Shown here piece by piece: positions 1 to 13,224 of a stretch of DNA of 64,000 nucleotides (position 1 is the first letter of the stretch; every line of letters begins with the position of its first letter). A model generated the notes under the pieces. That model was given only the letters and a program-made list of their open reading frames with translations, was not told where the DNA came from and made no database searches. The translations under genes were made by a program, and so were the position numbers. Source of the DNA: Callorhinchus milii (taxonomy: Eukaryota); assembly GCF_018977255.1 (NCBI RefSeq), contig NW_024704748.1:26660001-26724000 (forward strand), in the 5' to 3' direction.

Positions 1-77
1 TTTCTTTACATTGATTGTACAATGCAATAAATACGTATCTTTGTATTTCAAGATTACCATTTTATAACAAGCAGCGG

Positions 78-249
78 GAAAGCTTGTCGGACAGCAATAT
101 CAATGGCAAGCTGTGCGGTTTTAGCTGGTTAGACTCCAGCAGTTACCCCCGACACACACTCTGGTGTCCCCCCCAAGCCTTGGCTCTTGCCAACCTGTGC
201 CTAATACTTTCCGGAATTAGGTAAACAGGATGGGTCCCTCCAGGGAGAG

Positions 250-285
<36 letters not shown>

Positions 286-397
286 ATCGATTCCAACAAT
301 CTATCTCTGGGATTTCCATGTGTAGGTGGGATGCGTGGAAATCTCAGCTCGGTTTGGAAACTCTTATGGGTTCCGCATGTGTCAGACACCCGGCTGC
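78..397 (+). repeat. Unclassified interspersed repeat with internal (GA)n
   Basis: Segments recur at ~2468-2567, ~18977-19167, ~30953-31320, ~34206-34290, ~35795-35970, ~44030-44165. Confidence 0.75.
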
Positions 398-492
398 CAA
401 AAAAAAAATAACAGCAAGCCCGGGTCCTTACTTATCCCAACAGCAAATTATTTTAGCACAGCAAATCCCAACACAGTACTTGGATAACTCAC

Positions 493-3400
493 ATCACTGG
501 TGAACTTAGATAACTTAGCATCATTCTTGAACTGAGGCGTCTCACAGTAGTTAACACTGTAACCCTTCGAAGCTTCCAAGTCTTTCTTGTACTTTTTCTG
601 GCCAAACAAAACAAAAGTACAACAGGAATATGAAGACCTTTCAGTGGATATCTATCAGATGTTCTGTATTTTATTTGTACGGTACATATTTCCTTTCTGC
701 AAATAAGTGAGACCATTTTCCAAAACGAAATAATTGTCACCCACAAACTACACACAGTCACCCAACACTACAGCGCATCTCATGAGGAGCTTTGAGATGT
801 CTTCCTGGTGTAGCGTCCCTGAGCGCTTGACAGTGGTGGAGTCTGACCCCGAGCCAGGAGGAGAGGAAGGTGGGGGGGGGGGGGTGACCATAAGCACGGT
901 CAAAAAGGAAGATCTTTGGGCGGGATTTGAAGGTGGGGAGGGAAGGGGTGAGGCGGAGGAATTGAGGGAGAGAGTTTCAGAGTTTCGGGGCACAATGGCT
1001 GAAGGCACGGCCACCGATGGTGGAGCGGAGGGGAAGAGGGGCAAACTCGGTTCACACTTGGTCACTCAATCCACGACTGTTTGTGGGACGCTGCTGTGCG
1101 CAATTGGCTGCCGAGTTTCACCCACAAAATTTACAGTCAATTCACTTGACAGTGTATCCTGCGAAGCACTTTGAGACGTCTCAACGACATGACAAGGCGC
1201 TGTATCAAATGCAAACATTATTATTAATAATCACGATTCTCTTACCTCACTGAAGAGCTTGTTGACGTCTTGGGCTCGCTTCATCACCAAGTTTTCTTCA
1301 GCTGTCAGCGTGTGGTAATGGGCTGCTCCCTTCATCTTTTGAAAATCTTTCTTGTAATGTAGCTGCAATCACACCACATTATTATTTTTAAACAGTGCCT
1401 TGATCGTAAACACACACACACTGAACAACGAGAGTGCTAACACGAAGGGGATGCTTCCAGCACAGAAGGCTCACATTTGCTTAAAGCAACTTCATAAAGT
1501 ATTACAAAAGCTCAACCCTTCAACAGAAAGTCGCTTGGTTTAGCATAAGAGGTTTTTCAAGGATAGGATCTGTTCGAGCTGAGAACACACCTTGTCGAAT
1601 CATGACTTAAATTTAAGCAGCTTTTATGGTTCAACATTTAGTATCTTAGCAAAGATGTTGGAATACGTGCCTAACCTTCCCTGCAGCTCAAGCTGTGAGT
1701 TTGAAGGCCTTAGCTGATGAGTACATCAAGGTAAGTGATCTGAGATGTCCTCCCGACATGAAAGGTGCTATATGAATAGAGCTGTAAAAACTATTGTTGT
1801 ATAATATTAGGAGCCAATTCTGCTTATCTGCTGAAATGTAGATGCCCCTTCACATCACTGCAAGATAGATTATCTAACAATAAATAATAATCCTTGTATT
1901 TCATACAGCGCCTTATCACGTCTTCGAGACGTCCCAAAGCGCTTCACAGAATACATTGTAAGGTGAATTGACTGTACGTTTTGTGGGCGAAATGGAGCAG
2001 CCAATTGCGCACAGCAGTGTCCCACAAACAGTCGTGGATTAAGTGACCAAATTATTTTTTATTTTAATCATTTTATTATTATCTATTAATATGATTTATT
2101 ATTATCTGGTACTGTATGCTGATTCCAAATCGACTGCCTGACAGTAGAACATTTCTGAATTGACTCAATGACCGTGTCTCAATACCATTCTTGGATAGTT
2201 GTGGGGTTTGCTTATCTATAATACTTACATCGCTAGCAAGTTCATTAGCTTTCTTAGCGGTACAGTACGCTGGAGTGATCATAGCTGGGAAACTTCCCTT
2301 GCCTCTCATGGCCTCATACTCTTCAGTGTACTTCAGCTGTAAAAGTCATAAGAAATCATAGCCGTTACATCAGTAAAATGCGGATATTATACATCTTATA
2401 TTTAAGTAGGGTGATCTGCTCCTGACCAACTTATCTGACAATTGGTCCTAGCCGGATAAGCAACAGGAAGCTTGCCAGACCAGCGCTCTCAATGGCGAGC
2501 TGTGTGGTTTTAGCCGGTTAAACTCCAGCCCAGTGATGGGTTTCTGCACGTGTCAGACACCTGGCCTTCCCCTCAAAAGAAAGTGTCAGCCGATTCACTG
2601 AGACAGTCATCAAAAAGGATTGGGATCAATTTGTGGCATTCGCCAATCAGATTCGCTGCGTTCGTCGCAACTTCTGGATTGTAACTTTCCGGTTTGCGAA
2701 ATTCACGACGGAATTAGCAGCCATCGAATTGCGAATCCCAAGTCGGCAAAGACACTAAAAAGCCACGAGCAGAACCCCGCTGGTCAGCCACTGCTCACTG
2801 GCCTTTTTTTGGAGTTTGCCAAATTCGAAATCGTTGGCGACCAAGCAGTCAAAACTCGGAGATTACCAATAACTAGAACCAAACTAAGTCAATACATCTC
2901 AAGACCCTCCTCTTCGAACATGCTTTCGACCACTCTCCTACCCTCCCTGCCTTCCACCCTCCCTGATCCCAACCCACCCCCTGCTCAGGCCCAAATCCCT
3001 GAATGTCCAGCACCTTGGGATGTCCTCCCGACATGAAAGGCACCGTCCAAATGTAATGTTGTATTGTATTGTAATTTTGTATACACACAAACCCACAGAG
3101 TTCAACAAGACACTTTGCCTTTTGCTTTCGTAACTAACCTGACTACACTTGTCTCCGTTCTCTTTTGCCATTGCAACTTCAGCCCCTGCGGCTTGGCTCC
3201 ATTTCCCTTTCATGTGCTTCTCATATTCTTCATGGTATTTGATCTGGTTTAAGATGTGAAGGCAATAGGGGTCTATTATCAATTGACACACTTGGTAAAG
3301 AATAAGCAGGTTATTATATAGGAACAAAATATTATTAGTTAGAAGAGGTAATTCTGCTACATCTCTACATTCTATCGTAAACCTTGTTCTTGGTATGTAA

Positions 3401-6400
3401 GTTATAATATATCCAAATAGTCTTATCACAGTCAATTGTCCACGTTAGAATAGGATCCAGAAAAACATTATAAAATGGTCACAAACGTGCCCAAAATAAC
3501 AAAGCCTTAAGTGAGTTAGTTATTCCAATGTTTTACTTTAAGGGGAACGTCATTTAAAATGATAAAAATTCCTTCAGGGTTAAGCTGGAAGTGTTTGAAT
3601 AACTGTGGGTCATTTTTACTGTCATAACAGCCTGACTGTTAACTGCAATAGGTCATCGGAAAATAATTCCAACCTTCATGTCTGGTTGATAAGAGCATGA
3701 AATGAACTTACATTACTGGCCAACCTCCCTCCTGCTTTAGCACGGAGTAACTCTGGAGTATCCGCTATGGACGTGTAGTGAGAAATTCGCTCTTCGTGTC
3801 CATGTTTATAATCCGCCTTTAGGGGGTTCAGAAATACACAGGGTATCACCTCATCTTTCTTCAACACCCCATTAACACTCCATAATTTCATCAGAGACTA
3901 TTAACGCGCGCATAAAATTGTTTCTCAGTCTTTTCACACCAGCAAATATTCCGAGCAGCGTAACAACAACACAGAACTCTGTTCTCAAATCCCGCCAACT
4001 GTCTTTTAATACGTTATATCATTTCTGTGTTATAATTTGCTGAGGCTGAGCAATTTCCACGTGTGGCCACTTGACCTCATTCTCTTGGAGAGAAGTTCCT
4101 AATTTGAACGGCAGCCTCACTCTACCTCAGATGAACCGAGCCAGTTCCCATTCATCATCCATCATTTGTTAGCTATTTGTTTGGGCGCGGACCTTAGCCA
4201 AGGAACCTGTGTTATCTTTAAGCATGCATGGTTGGCATATTTAGTGTCCCAGCTTTGAAATATTGGAGGGACATCATTGATCAAGATAGAACAAACAACA
4301 TAGCACAAGAGCCAGCTTGAAGGTCAGGAAGAGAGACGGGATGTGGTTAGTGTAAGCTGATGCGGTTAGCTCCGCTTAATTTAGAGACACAATTTCTGAC
4401 TCTTCGTGAGATCTTTGAGGAGAGGAACATTGCAAGTCTATGCCTCTGTTTTTCAACCATCTAAGATGCCTGTAAGGAACACTCAGAGGTCTGTAAACAA
4501 CAGCAACAACTTGCATTTACACGTGGGATAGCGTCCTGCAGCGTTGTAGAATGTAGGCTTGAATTCCTTCAAGCAGAAAGGCTTCTCATGCTACTTGGGG
4601 AGTCTTGTAGCTCAGTGGTTAGAGCAGTCGCCTCGCAAGCGAGAGAGCTGGGTTTGATTCCCACATGCTTGATAATAATCTCTCAAGAGAAAAAAAAATT
4701 ATTTGGTATTATTTATATAATATATATTATTATATAATAATATATATTATCATATTTATATATTATTTGATTAATATTTATATTATTTGGTGACTCAATC
4801 CACAACTGTTTGTGGAACGCTGCTGTGCGCAATTGGCTGCTGTATTTCACCCACAAATATACAGTCAATTCACTTTACAGTACATTCTGTGAAGCGCTTT
4901 GAGACGTCTTGAAGACATGATACGGCGCTATATCAAATGCAATGATAATTATTACCTCTCTCCTCTATGGAACTCTCCAAGAAACACCTGAATCCCGGAT
5001 AGAAGTTTAAATGCCTACTATTCCCAGGTGTGATTTCCACCTAATAGTTTTGGTCTGTGTAAAATATCTAAATCTCATCACTCTATGAGAAGCTCAGCAC
5101 TGTTAGATGCATTAAATATGATATAATAGCAGAGTGGTGAAGGTTTGAATGTGAACCCATCAATACCCAATCTCCAGAGATTAAAAACAACTTCAATGTT
5201 TGACAACTCATTCAAACTTCATGATTTATAGCCATTGGTGCTGAATCCATCAGGCTGGCCTCCTCTTCACTTTGAGTGGAATGCAAACCTACATTCTACA
5301 GTGTAAAAGGACAATATCCTAATGAATTCCATTAAAATCCCTTTGTCGTTGAACGTGGATATAAAACAGTATGAAATATAAACCGATGGACCCAAGCTCT
5401 CATTATGTAACTATACGGAATAATCTGAAGCCAATCATAAACCAATTATACTCTTTGTACAAAAATACATTCTGCATCTGCAACTACCGTATATTGTTCA
5501 AGAGATTTTGTTACTGTGCACTAAAGGTCACCAGTTGCTCCCCTTGGCTACGGTCTTTAGATAACATACAGACATGGACGACTGTATGGATAACACAGAC
5601 CAATTCACTCAAATATTAATTGAGAGTACACAGGCTGAAATGTACTTAAATCAATACATCAGCAAAATAACGTCCCATGTTATTTAGTACAAATATAAAG
5701 GCCTGATTTGTTTACGGCCAATATTACAACCATTTATAAAGCAAAGTTACCCTTATCTAAAGAATTTTCCCATTGTATAAGTCAATAATTGATGCTAAAA
5801 TCGAGCAGCATTTCATCAACATGGGTATTAAGTGCCTCAGGACACTATCCCGCGTGAAAGGCCTTATATATGTGCAAGTTGTTGTTATATTTACAGTCCA
5901 ACTATCAATGATGCTTGTTCCACCCCTCTTGATCCCAAACCCCAGCTCAGATGCAAACCCCTTACTGTCCAGTCCTTTGAGACATCCTCCCAATGTGAAA
6001 GCCGCTATATAAATGTAATTTGTTGTTGTCATATTACTGTTAACGTAAAACAATAAAAGGTCATTTGACCTATTAAGCCCATGTTATTCAAAAAACATGT
6101 ACAATTTGTTACATCAAGGACCTAACCCTAATATTTTATGGTCTGGGGGGCTTCCGACCAGATAAATCTCTGTGAAATTCCTCCCTGATCTTCGATGGTA
6201 ATAAAGCAAAACCTTAGAGTATCGTTAAACATTCTGACAATGCTCCCGGGTATCGATATAACATTCCAGTCTACGTGTTTCAGCCATGGCAGTCTACATT
6301 CCATGGTTGGCATTTTCTTGGTCCCAACAGGATTGCAACCATTAGGTTACTTTGAAAATCTTAAATACTGTACATTAGCTTTATCAGCCTCAACAAAAAA

Positions 6401-9400
6401 AGTCTCTCGTCTCAGGTGGAATTTGGCAACCTCGTATCGTGCTCTCTATTTCTGTAATTGAACCGAGTCTCGTCAGACTTTAGGTAAATATTATCTATTC
6501 CTTTCAGCATTCCGAATACTCATGTCCCCTCCTGTTCTTTATCCCAAGTTAAAATTAGTTTGATTCTGTGAATCTTTCCTCAGGACTTGAAGCTTTAAGC
6601 CCTGAACTGACCCTTGTTCTAAGCTGTATCTTCTCCTGAATGCCAATGACTAGTGGTAGAGGGCCACAAACTGCACAGTATTCCGAGAGAAATATGCAGG
6701 GTTAAAACAACCTGCTTTGACTAATAATAAGACATGCTTGAGATGCACCGTGAACTAAATTAGCCTCGTTCACAACAACTTCACATTAACGAGATACTCA
6801 AAAGTATCTTCTTCCTTACCCTGGAATAGGTTCCTTTAATGTAATTGTCACTCAATAGCCCAATCTAACGCATGTGTTCAAGTATTTTCCATCATTGTCT
6901 GTATTTTACGTCAATTCAGCTCGATGAATTGCCATTGATTCCATGCCTTGGACGTGGATGTTTTCAATTATTATTATATTTACGCCAATATTACATAGCA
7001 CAGCACATTGCAGCCCCATTTAACACAGCATTCGATCACTTCCTTATTAAGCAATCAAACTATTTACTATTGAAATCCCGTCTTGTTTCACTCACATCAC
7101 TGATAGCTTTTTGTGCTTGTGCGACTCGAATCATTTCTGGATTTGTAGCACAAGAGGAATACCAGCCTTTCTCTTCTTCATACGCAGCATGGTAAGCTTT
7201 CTGTAATATGAACAAACAGGAAAGTCATCTGCTGTCTGACTCAAGCTGTTGATATCTCTAACCATTAACATAGACAAATCCTAATAGGCCACAATTAATA
7301 ATAATAATAATCCTTGCATTTGATGTAGCGCCTCGTCACATCTTCGAGACGTCTCAAAGCGCTTCACAGAAAATACCGTAAAGTGTAGGTGTAGTGACTG
7401 TGTGTTTTGTGGGCGAAACGCGGCAGCTAATTGCGCTAAAGCTGAGAAACTATTAACAATTTACCTTACTGTAAAGTTCAGTATTTTTCTTTGCATGAAG
7501 GATCGAAGGCATGTCTGATGGGAGGTGATAGGTTTCTTTTGCTTCATCCCAATCTTTCGTATAGTCCACCTAGAAACCAGAGGAAACAGAATACCAGCAG
7601 GGAACCTTCATGATCATAGCTGAACCTTGTGGAGTCTTAGCATGTTATCAAAATAACTTAGTTCAGTCAAACTCCCGAAACAAAATTTGTTTTAGAAAGA
7701 TCGCACGTTTAAGTTGATATGTAATTTAATTGATCATACATTTTGTTTCCCGTAACATTATTATTATCGTATAAGATTAAATTGCTTACCTTACTTGAAA
7801 GTTTCCGAACATGACTGGCATGTTGCAGTTCCCGTGACTTCAGACTGCAGTGGAAAACTGATTTGAATTTTTCTCCTTCCTCACGGTACTTAATCTAAGT
7901 AGAAAAGTTCAGTTAACATTTGTTTTGTGTGAGGCTAAATAAAGTGATGTACTGTCCAAATTCGTACAGTTTAATTAAAACTGCTGCGATTCATAAATTT
8001 AATTACAACCACAAACGTGTTTATTATCACTGCTGCTGAAGCTCAAACAAAATAGAATAACCTCAGTGACACCTGCTAGGGTTTATTGGCCCCGAGCTAA
8101 ATGTCTATAACATACGGCCTTCACACTGAACAAGGGATACAAATTCTGGAACAGTCACAGAAATATAACGTGCACCAAATAGATCATGTTTATTCCGATC
8201 ACCTGCCCCCTCTCCCCCTGGCTTGGAGTCAGGCTCCGCCACTGTTAAGCGATCCAAGACGCCACCTCGTATGAAGGGAGCTACTTGAATGCAAGTTGTT
8301 GTTATTGTTCAGCAAAAGAATGATGGCAAGGTTAAAGGAAAAAATAAGGTGCGGGTGTGAGCACTGATCTTGTTAGTTGCTAAGTCCATATAGTCAGTGT
8401 ATCTTTCAGGACCTATCACTTGTTTAAGCTTGCAGCTTATTCAAGTTATGGTGAGGATCACTTTAGGACAAAATGTCGCGTGACATAAGATGTTAATTCC
8501 ATGCTCTTAACTTCCACTTGGTTCAGGAACTTCGGGACAGTTAATAACCCGTGATTGAAAGCAACAGAGTGGAGGTGGGTTGAGGAGGGGGGCGGGGGGG
8601 AGAGCTGTGGCACTGGGAATATAATTTTAACCTCTACAACATGAAACGAGACGACAAGGAGTGAGGTATCACATCACAGTTGCTGTCCAGAAATAGATGT
8701 TGCTGTAACACAGCTTTCATTCCGGAAGATCGGCTGTGACTAAAAGCGAGAGGGACGTTTTGCTAAATTTCCTGCAACTTCTTTGTAAACGGTCTGAACT
8801 TCCAGAGCTCCAGTGTCATCGGGGTAACTGGTTTGGGGCAGAATTAAATCAGGGATCTATCAGGGATGTGTGTTTTTTTCCAAGTTCACAGGGAGGGAGG
8901 GAGTATCGAGGCTTGTACAAAAATCTGAAATAAAATAATGGGGTGTGGGCTGACTTACAAACAGTACGTTAGTTAATCTGCCCCTTGAGCTGTCCTTGAA
9001 GGTTACGCACTTTGTAAACATATGTGTTTGTTTGGCAGTGTTTACCCACCTCACTGGACTCGGTTTGTTTTTTGACGTTCAGATTCATAGGTGTCTCCAA
9101 GACGCTGGTGAATTTGTTGTTTTTTGGGTTGTGCCTGTGGATTTAAAATAGAAAATCTTACCAAGATCACATTGATTCACATACCAGATACCAGCTTCCG
9201 TTTGTCCCTCGTCCCCTCCGCTCCACCATCGGTGGCCGTGCCTTCAGGCACCACACCCCAAAGCTCTGGAAATCTCTCCCTCCATCCCTCCGACTTGCCC
9301 CCTCCCTCCCCGCCTTCTAATCCCACCCAAAGACCTTCCTCCTTGACCGTGGCTCGGGGTCAGACTCCGCCACTGTCAAGCGCTCAGGGACGCTACCGCA

Positions 9401-10497
9401 TGTGAAGGGTGCTCTATAAATGCAAGTTGTTGTTGCTTCTCTCTCTCTATATATATATCTATATATATCTATATAGGTTTCATCCACAAAATATAAGGTC
9501 AATTTATTTTACAGTGTATTCTGTGAACCGCTTTGAGATGTCTCAACGACGCGATAAGGCGCTATATCAAATGCAAGATATTATTATACAGAAATAATGA
9601 TCTATTTCATTTAGGACACACACAAGTTGAGCTCCTGTTATGAATAGTTTCAAGAATGTTCGGATGGACACACATTTAGATCTAAATATAGAAACGTAGT
9701 GTGCGCGCAGAAAAGTAGAAAACTCATAAACTACATACATATGTATTAAATGGTGCACTTTGATATTTTATAAAATTTTTATCTATTTAACGAAAAACTC
9801 CTTGAGCGATTCAACAGTAATAGTGAATTATTTGATAGTATATTTCCTTGTTAAAGATCGCTTATTTCTAACCTCTCCAGCTGTCTGTCCTGACTATGTA
9901 TGTGTGCGTGTATACTTTTTGCTGTCTATTAATATTAGTGGAGGTTTAAAAAAAACTCGAGTCAGTTTTCAAGGCGTACAGAGTGACCAAAAAGTCACGA
10001 TATCATTCATTTTAATAATAAAACAATAAAAAATCATTTATTTTAGGTCTTATTGGACATTTGAATAGTATCATGGTGTGTGTGTATATATATATGTATA
10101 AATACATATAATAAATGCATAGTTTTCGTTAAGACTTCACGGTAACTTACGCCTGGCAATAGGGCTTTTTCTGGTGACTGACAAAATTGTTGACTGTTAG
10201 GATCATTCTGCAGACTTCGCAGTGAAAGCAAGACTTGTGCCATGTCTGTGGAAACAGCAAAAGAGGGAGAATAAAATAAAATAAAATAAACTCACTCCTT
10301 CCTCCTCTTTCCCTTCCTCCCTCCCGCCCACTCTAAAAAAAAATCATAACAATCGTGCGAAACATTTGAGAAAATTAAAACAAAACTCAAGGCAACAAGA
10401 GACATTGAGACGACAAGTTCCAACTCACCTGATCGATACAAACTAATTTCTCCGCGGGATACACGTTGCAGCCACAACGAGAGCAAGGAACATTCAT
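493..10497 (-). CDS. NRAP: Nebulin-related anchoring protein, 5' part (gene continues beyond the left edge of the window)
   Basis: GT-AG exons in consistent phase: 10429-10497 ([23 protein letters not shown]), 10151-10245 ([34 protein letters not shown] domain), 9050-9134 ([28 protein letters not shown]), then phase-0 nebulin-repeat exons 7790-7894, 7465-7569, 7096-7200, 3712-3816 ([35 protein letters not shown]), 3139-3243, 2229-2336 (…[14 protein letters not shown]…), 1246-1362 (…[11 protein letters not shown]…), 493-597 (…NYCETPQFK…). Motifs match NRAP as recalled, and the NRAP-CASP7-PLEKHS1 order matches known synteny. Confidence 0.96.
4598..4953 (+). mobile_element. tRNA-head SINE (dominant family)
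   Basis: A-box TAGCTCAGTGG, B-box-like GGTTTGATTCC, Deu-like core, L2-type tail with (ATT)n. Confidence 0.8.
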
Positions 10498-10537
10498 CGT
10501 TGTGGTTGAAATGATCAGAGAAGCTTTTATATTTTAG

Positions 10538-10763
10538 NNNNNNNNNNNNNNNNNNNNNNNNNNNNNNNNNNNNNNNNNNNNNNNNNNNNNNNNNNNNNNN
10601 NNNNNNNNNNNNNNNNNNNNNNNNNNNNNNNNNNNNNNNNNNNNNNNNNNNNNNNNNNNNNNNNNNNNNNNNNNNNNNNNNNNNNNNNNNNNNNNNNNNN
10701 NNNNNNNNNNNNNNNNNNNNNNNNNNNNNNNNNNNNNNNNNNNNNNNNNNNNNNNNNNNNNNN
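10538..10763. other. Assembly gap (N run) immediately upstream of the NRAP ATG
   Basis: N bases; CT/GT simple repeat on the right flank. Confidence 0.99.
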
Positions 10764-13124
10764 GGTGTATCTGTCTCTGTCTGTCTCCTCTCTGGCCTCT
10801 GTCTTCTCTTACTCCCTTCCCACTCTTGTCACTTACAATCCGTCCATAAGGACAGGTTCATTTCATAGCTGACGCTGCCCTTGCCATTGGTTATTAAGCG
10901 CCTGTGACTGATCGAGACCATCTCTGGATTGGTCTCTTGGAGCTGTCAAGCCAAAGAAGGTGGGAAGAGGGACTGACCTACATTGTCTGCGCCTTGTATC
11001 ATCAGTGTTAAGTTTGGAGTGTGACCTCGGCTCAGCTCAGCTCAATGAACGTCCCCATCCCAAAATAGAAGCCAGCAATAATATTGTGCAAAATAAACAC
11101 TGACCTCAGCCACGCCATGAAATGGCACAAATTTCCCCCCCACGAAAAGAAATAATAATAATAATCCTTGCATTTTGATATAGTGCCTCATCACGTCTTC
11201 GAGACGTCTCAACTGTGTGATAAGGCGCTATATCAAATACAAGGATAATTATTATTATTATCAAAACGTTTCAAAGATCTTCACAAGAATCATTGTAAAG
11301 TGGACTGACTGTATTTGTAGAAGAACATTGGAGCCAATTTCAGCAACTCAATGTCCAACAAATTTAATTGAGGGATTGTTGGCAAGGTTATCAGTAGATA
11401 CTGTACCTTCCTCTTTTATGAATAGTAATAATAATAAAATAAATAGTCCTTACATTTGCTATAGCACCTTATTATTATATTATATATTATATTATGTCTC
11501 TTTTGAAGGATGGCACTACTCTGGAGTGTCAACCTCTTTGGTCGGCCAACAAAATAAATGTTCTGGATTGAATATTTCTTGCTTCGTGCCACAAATCAAG
11601 AAGATATCCAATCAAGAAAAAATGGCAACAACACATTGATTTAAAACAGACTCACTTAGTCTCGTGCGAATGTTTGACAAGCCACTGTTTGATGGCCCGT
11701 TGGCCAATTGCAGCCCGCGAGCCACAGGTAGACCACCTCCAACCTAGACTGTGAGCTCCAAATCCCTTATTACTGAAGCTCGTAAAGCACCAGCTTGTCT
11801 TGACAACGAGGTGTGGCGCTGCCTCATTTGGTGGGACAGAAGGATGTGGGTGCCGTCCTTTGAATGAGATGTTGAACAAAGGTTCCATCTCTGTTCAGAT
11901 GGGTGATCAAAAGATCTCATGGCCCTATTCGAAAAGAAAAAGGGAGTTTTTTTCACGGGCCTTGGCTTGCGATCCCCCACGTAAAATTGGGTCAGTGCTG
12001 TGTGCAAAATTTCGCCCACGAAATGCACAGTCACTACACTTTACAGCAGATCCTGTGAAGCAGTTTGAGATCTTCTCCTGACTTGAAAAGCGCCATATCA
12101 AACGCAAGGATTATTTTGGATTATTATAAACAATTTCTTGTCAATATTTACCCAGTGTTTACAGATACTCAATTGTGGCTTCCGGTCACCGGCGACACTG
12201 TGCAATATTCAGTCTGACACCCGCCCACGTGTGAATCACGTGTCAATATTCTGTAGTGATGACACCGCACCTCGTCATTCCAACTGTTCCATTATTAGCA
12301 ATAATTCCAATTTTGCGACTGTAACATATTCTATGAAAAATGTTAAATGTATCAGTGAGTAATTTAATCATGAGGTTTATACGCTGCTTCATTCCAGCGT
12401 CACTCACGTGATTTAAAATGCCATCCGAAACCCTTACAGTAAATTATAACTTTATTACTCATGCCAACTCTCCGTAACTCAATACAGAATATGTAATAAT
12501 AATAATCCTTGCATTTGACACAGCGCCTTATCACGTCTTCGAGACGTCTCAAAGCGCTTCACGGAATATACTGTAAAGCGTAGTGACTGGGTGTTTTGTG
12601 GGCGAAACGCAACAGCCAATTGCGCACGGCAGCAAACAGTTGTGGATTGAGTGACCAATTTTTTTTAAGCGATTATTAGCCCTGGAAAAGCGATCTGAAA
12701 AGTTTCCTTACGCCACACGCCTCTGTTTGCCCAGCTGTAAGTAGGGACCCAGTTATTAGTCGATTGACGGATCGTTTTCCGGGGGCAATAATCCCTCCAA
12801 AAAAATAATAATTTGGTCACTCAATCCACGGCTGCGTGTGGGACGCTGCTGCGCGCAATTGGCTGCCGCGTTTCACCCACAAAATACACAGTCGATTCAC
12901 TTTACAGTGTATCCTGCGAAGCGCTTTGAGACGTCTCGAAGACGTGGTAAGGCGCTGTATCAAACGCCAGGAGTATTATGATTATTAGAGCGTGGGGCGA
13001 GACTGTTTGTGAGGATTTGTAAGGGGCAATCAATCCGGTAGACAATGATTTCGGGTCGAATGGTTTGTGTTTGGTTGCCTCAGAGAGATAGACCTTTGAG
13101 CAGTGTGTCTGTGGAGGCGGTGCT

Positions 13125-13224
13125 TAATGTCCTGAGTCAAATAGGCTGAGTTGTCAGCCACACCTTCCAGTTTAGGTTTCTTTCTATATTGGGAAGTTTC
13201 TTCCTCCAACAGCCACCAGTCAAG
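13125..13224 (+). promoter_or_regulatory. Candidate promoter of the TGOLN2/KCT2-like gene
   Basis: AP-1 site TGAGTCA at 13133-13139 and TATA-like CTATATT at ~13184-13190 just upstream of the ATG; motif evidence only. Confidence 0.35.

Noticed and set aside
8674-8860. Possible extra NRAP exon
   Set aside because: No open phase-0 frame with a nebulin motif bounded by AG/GT.
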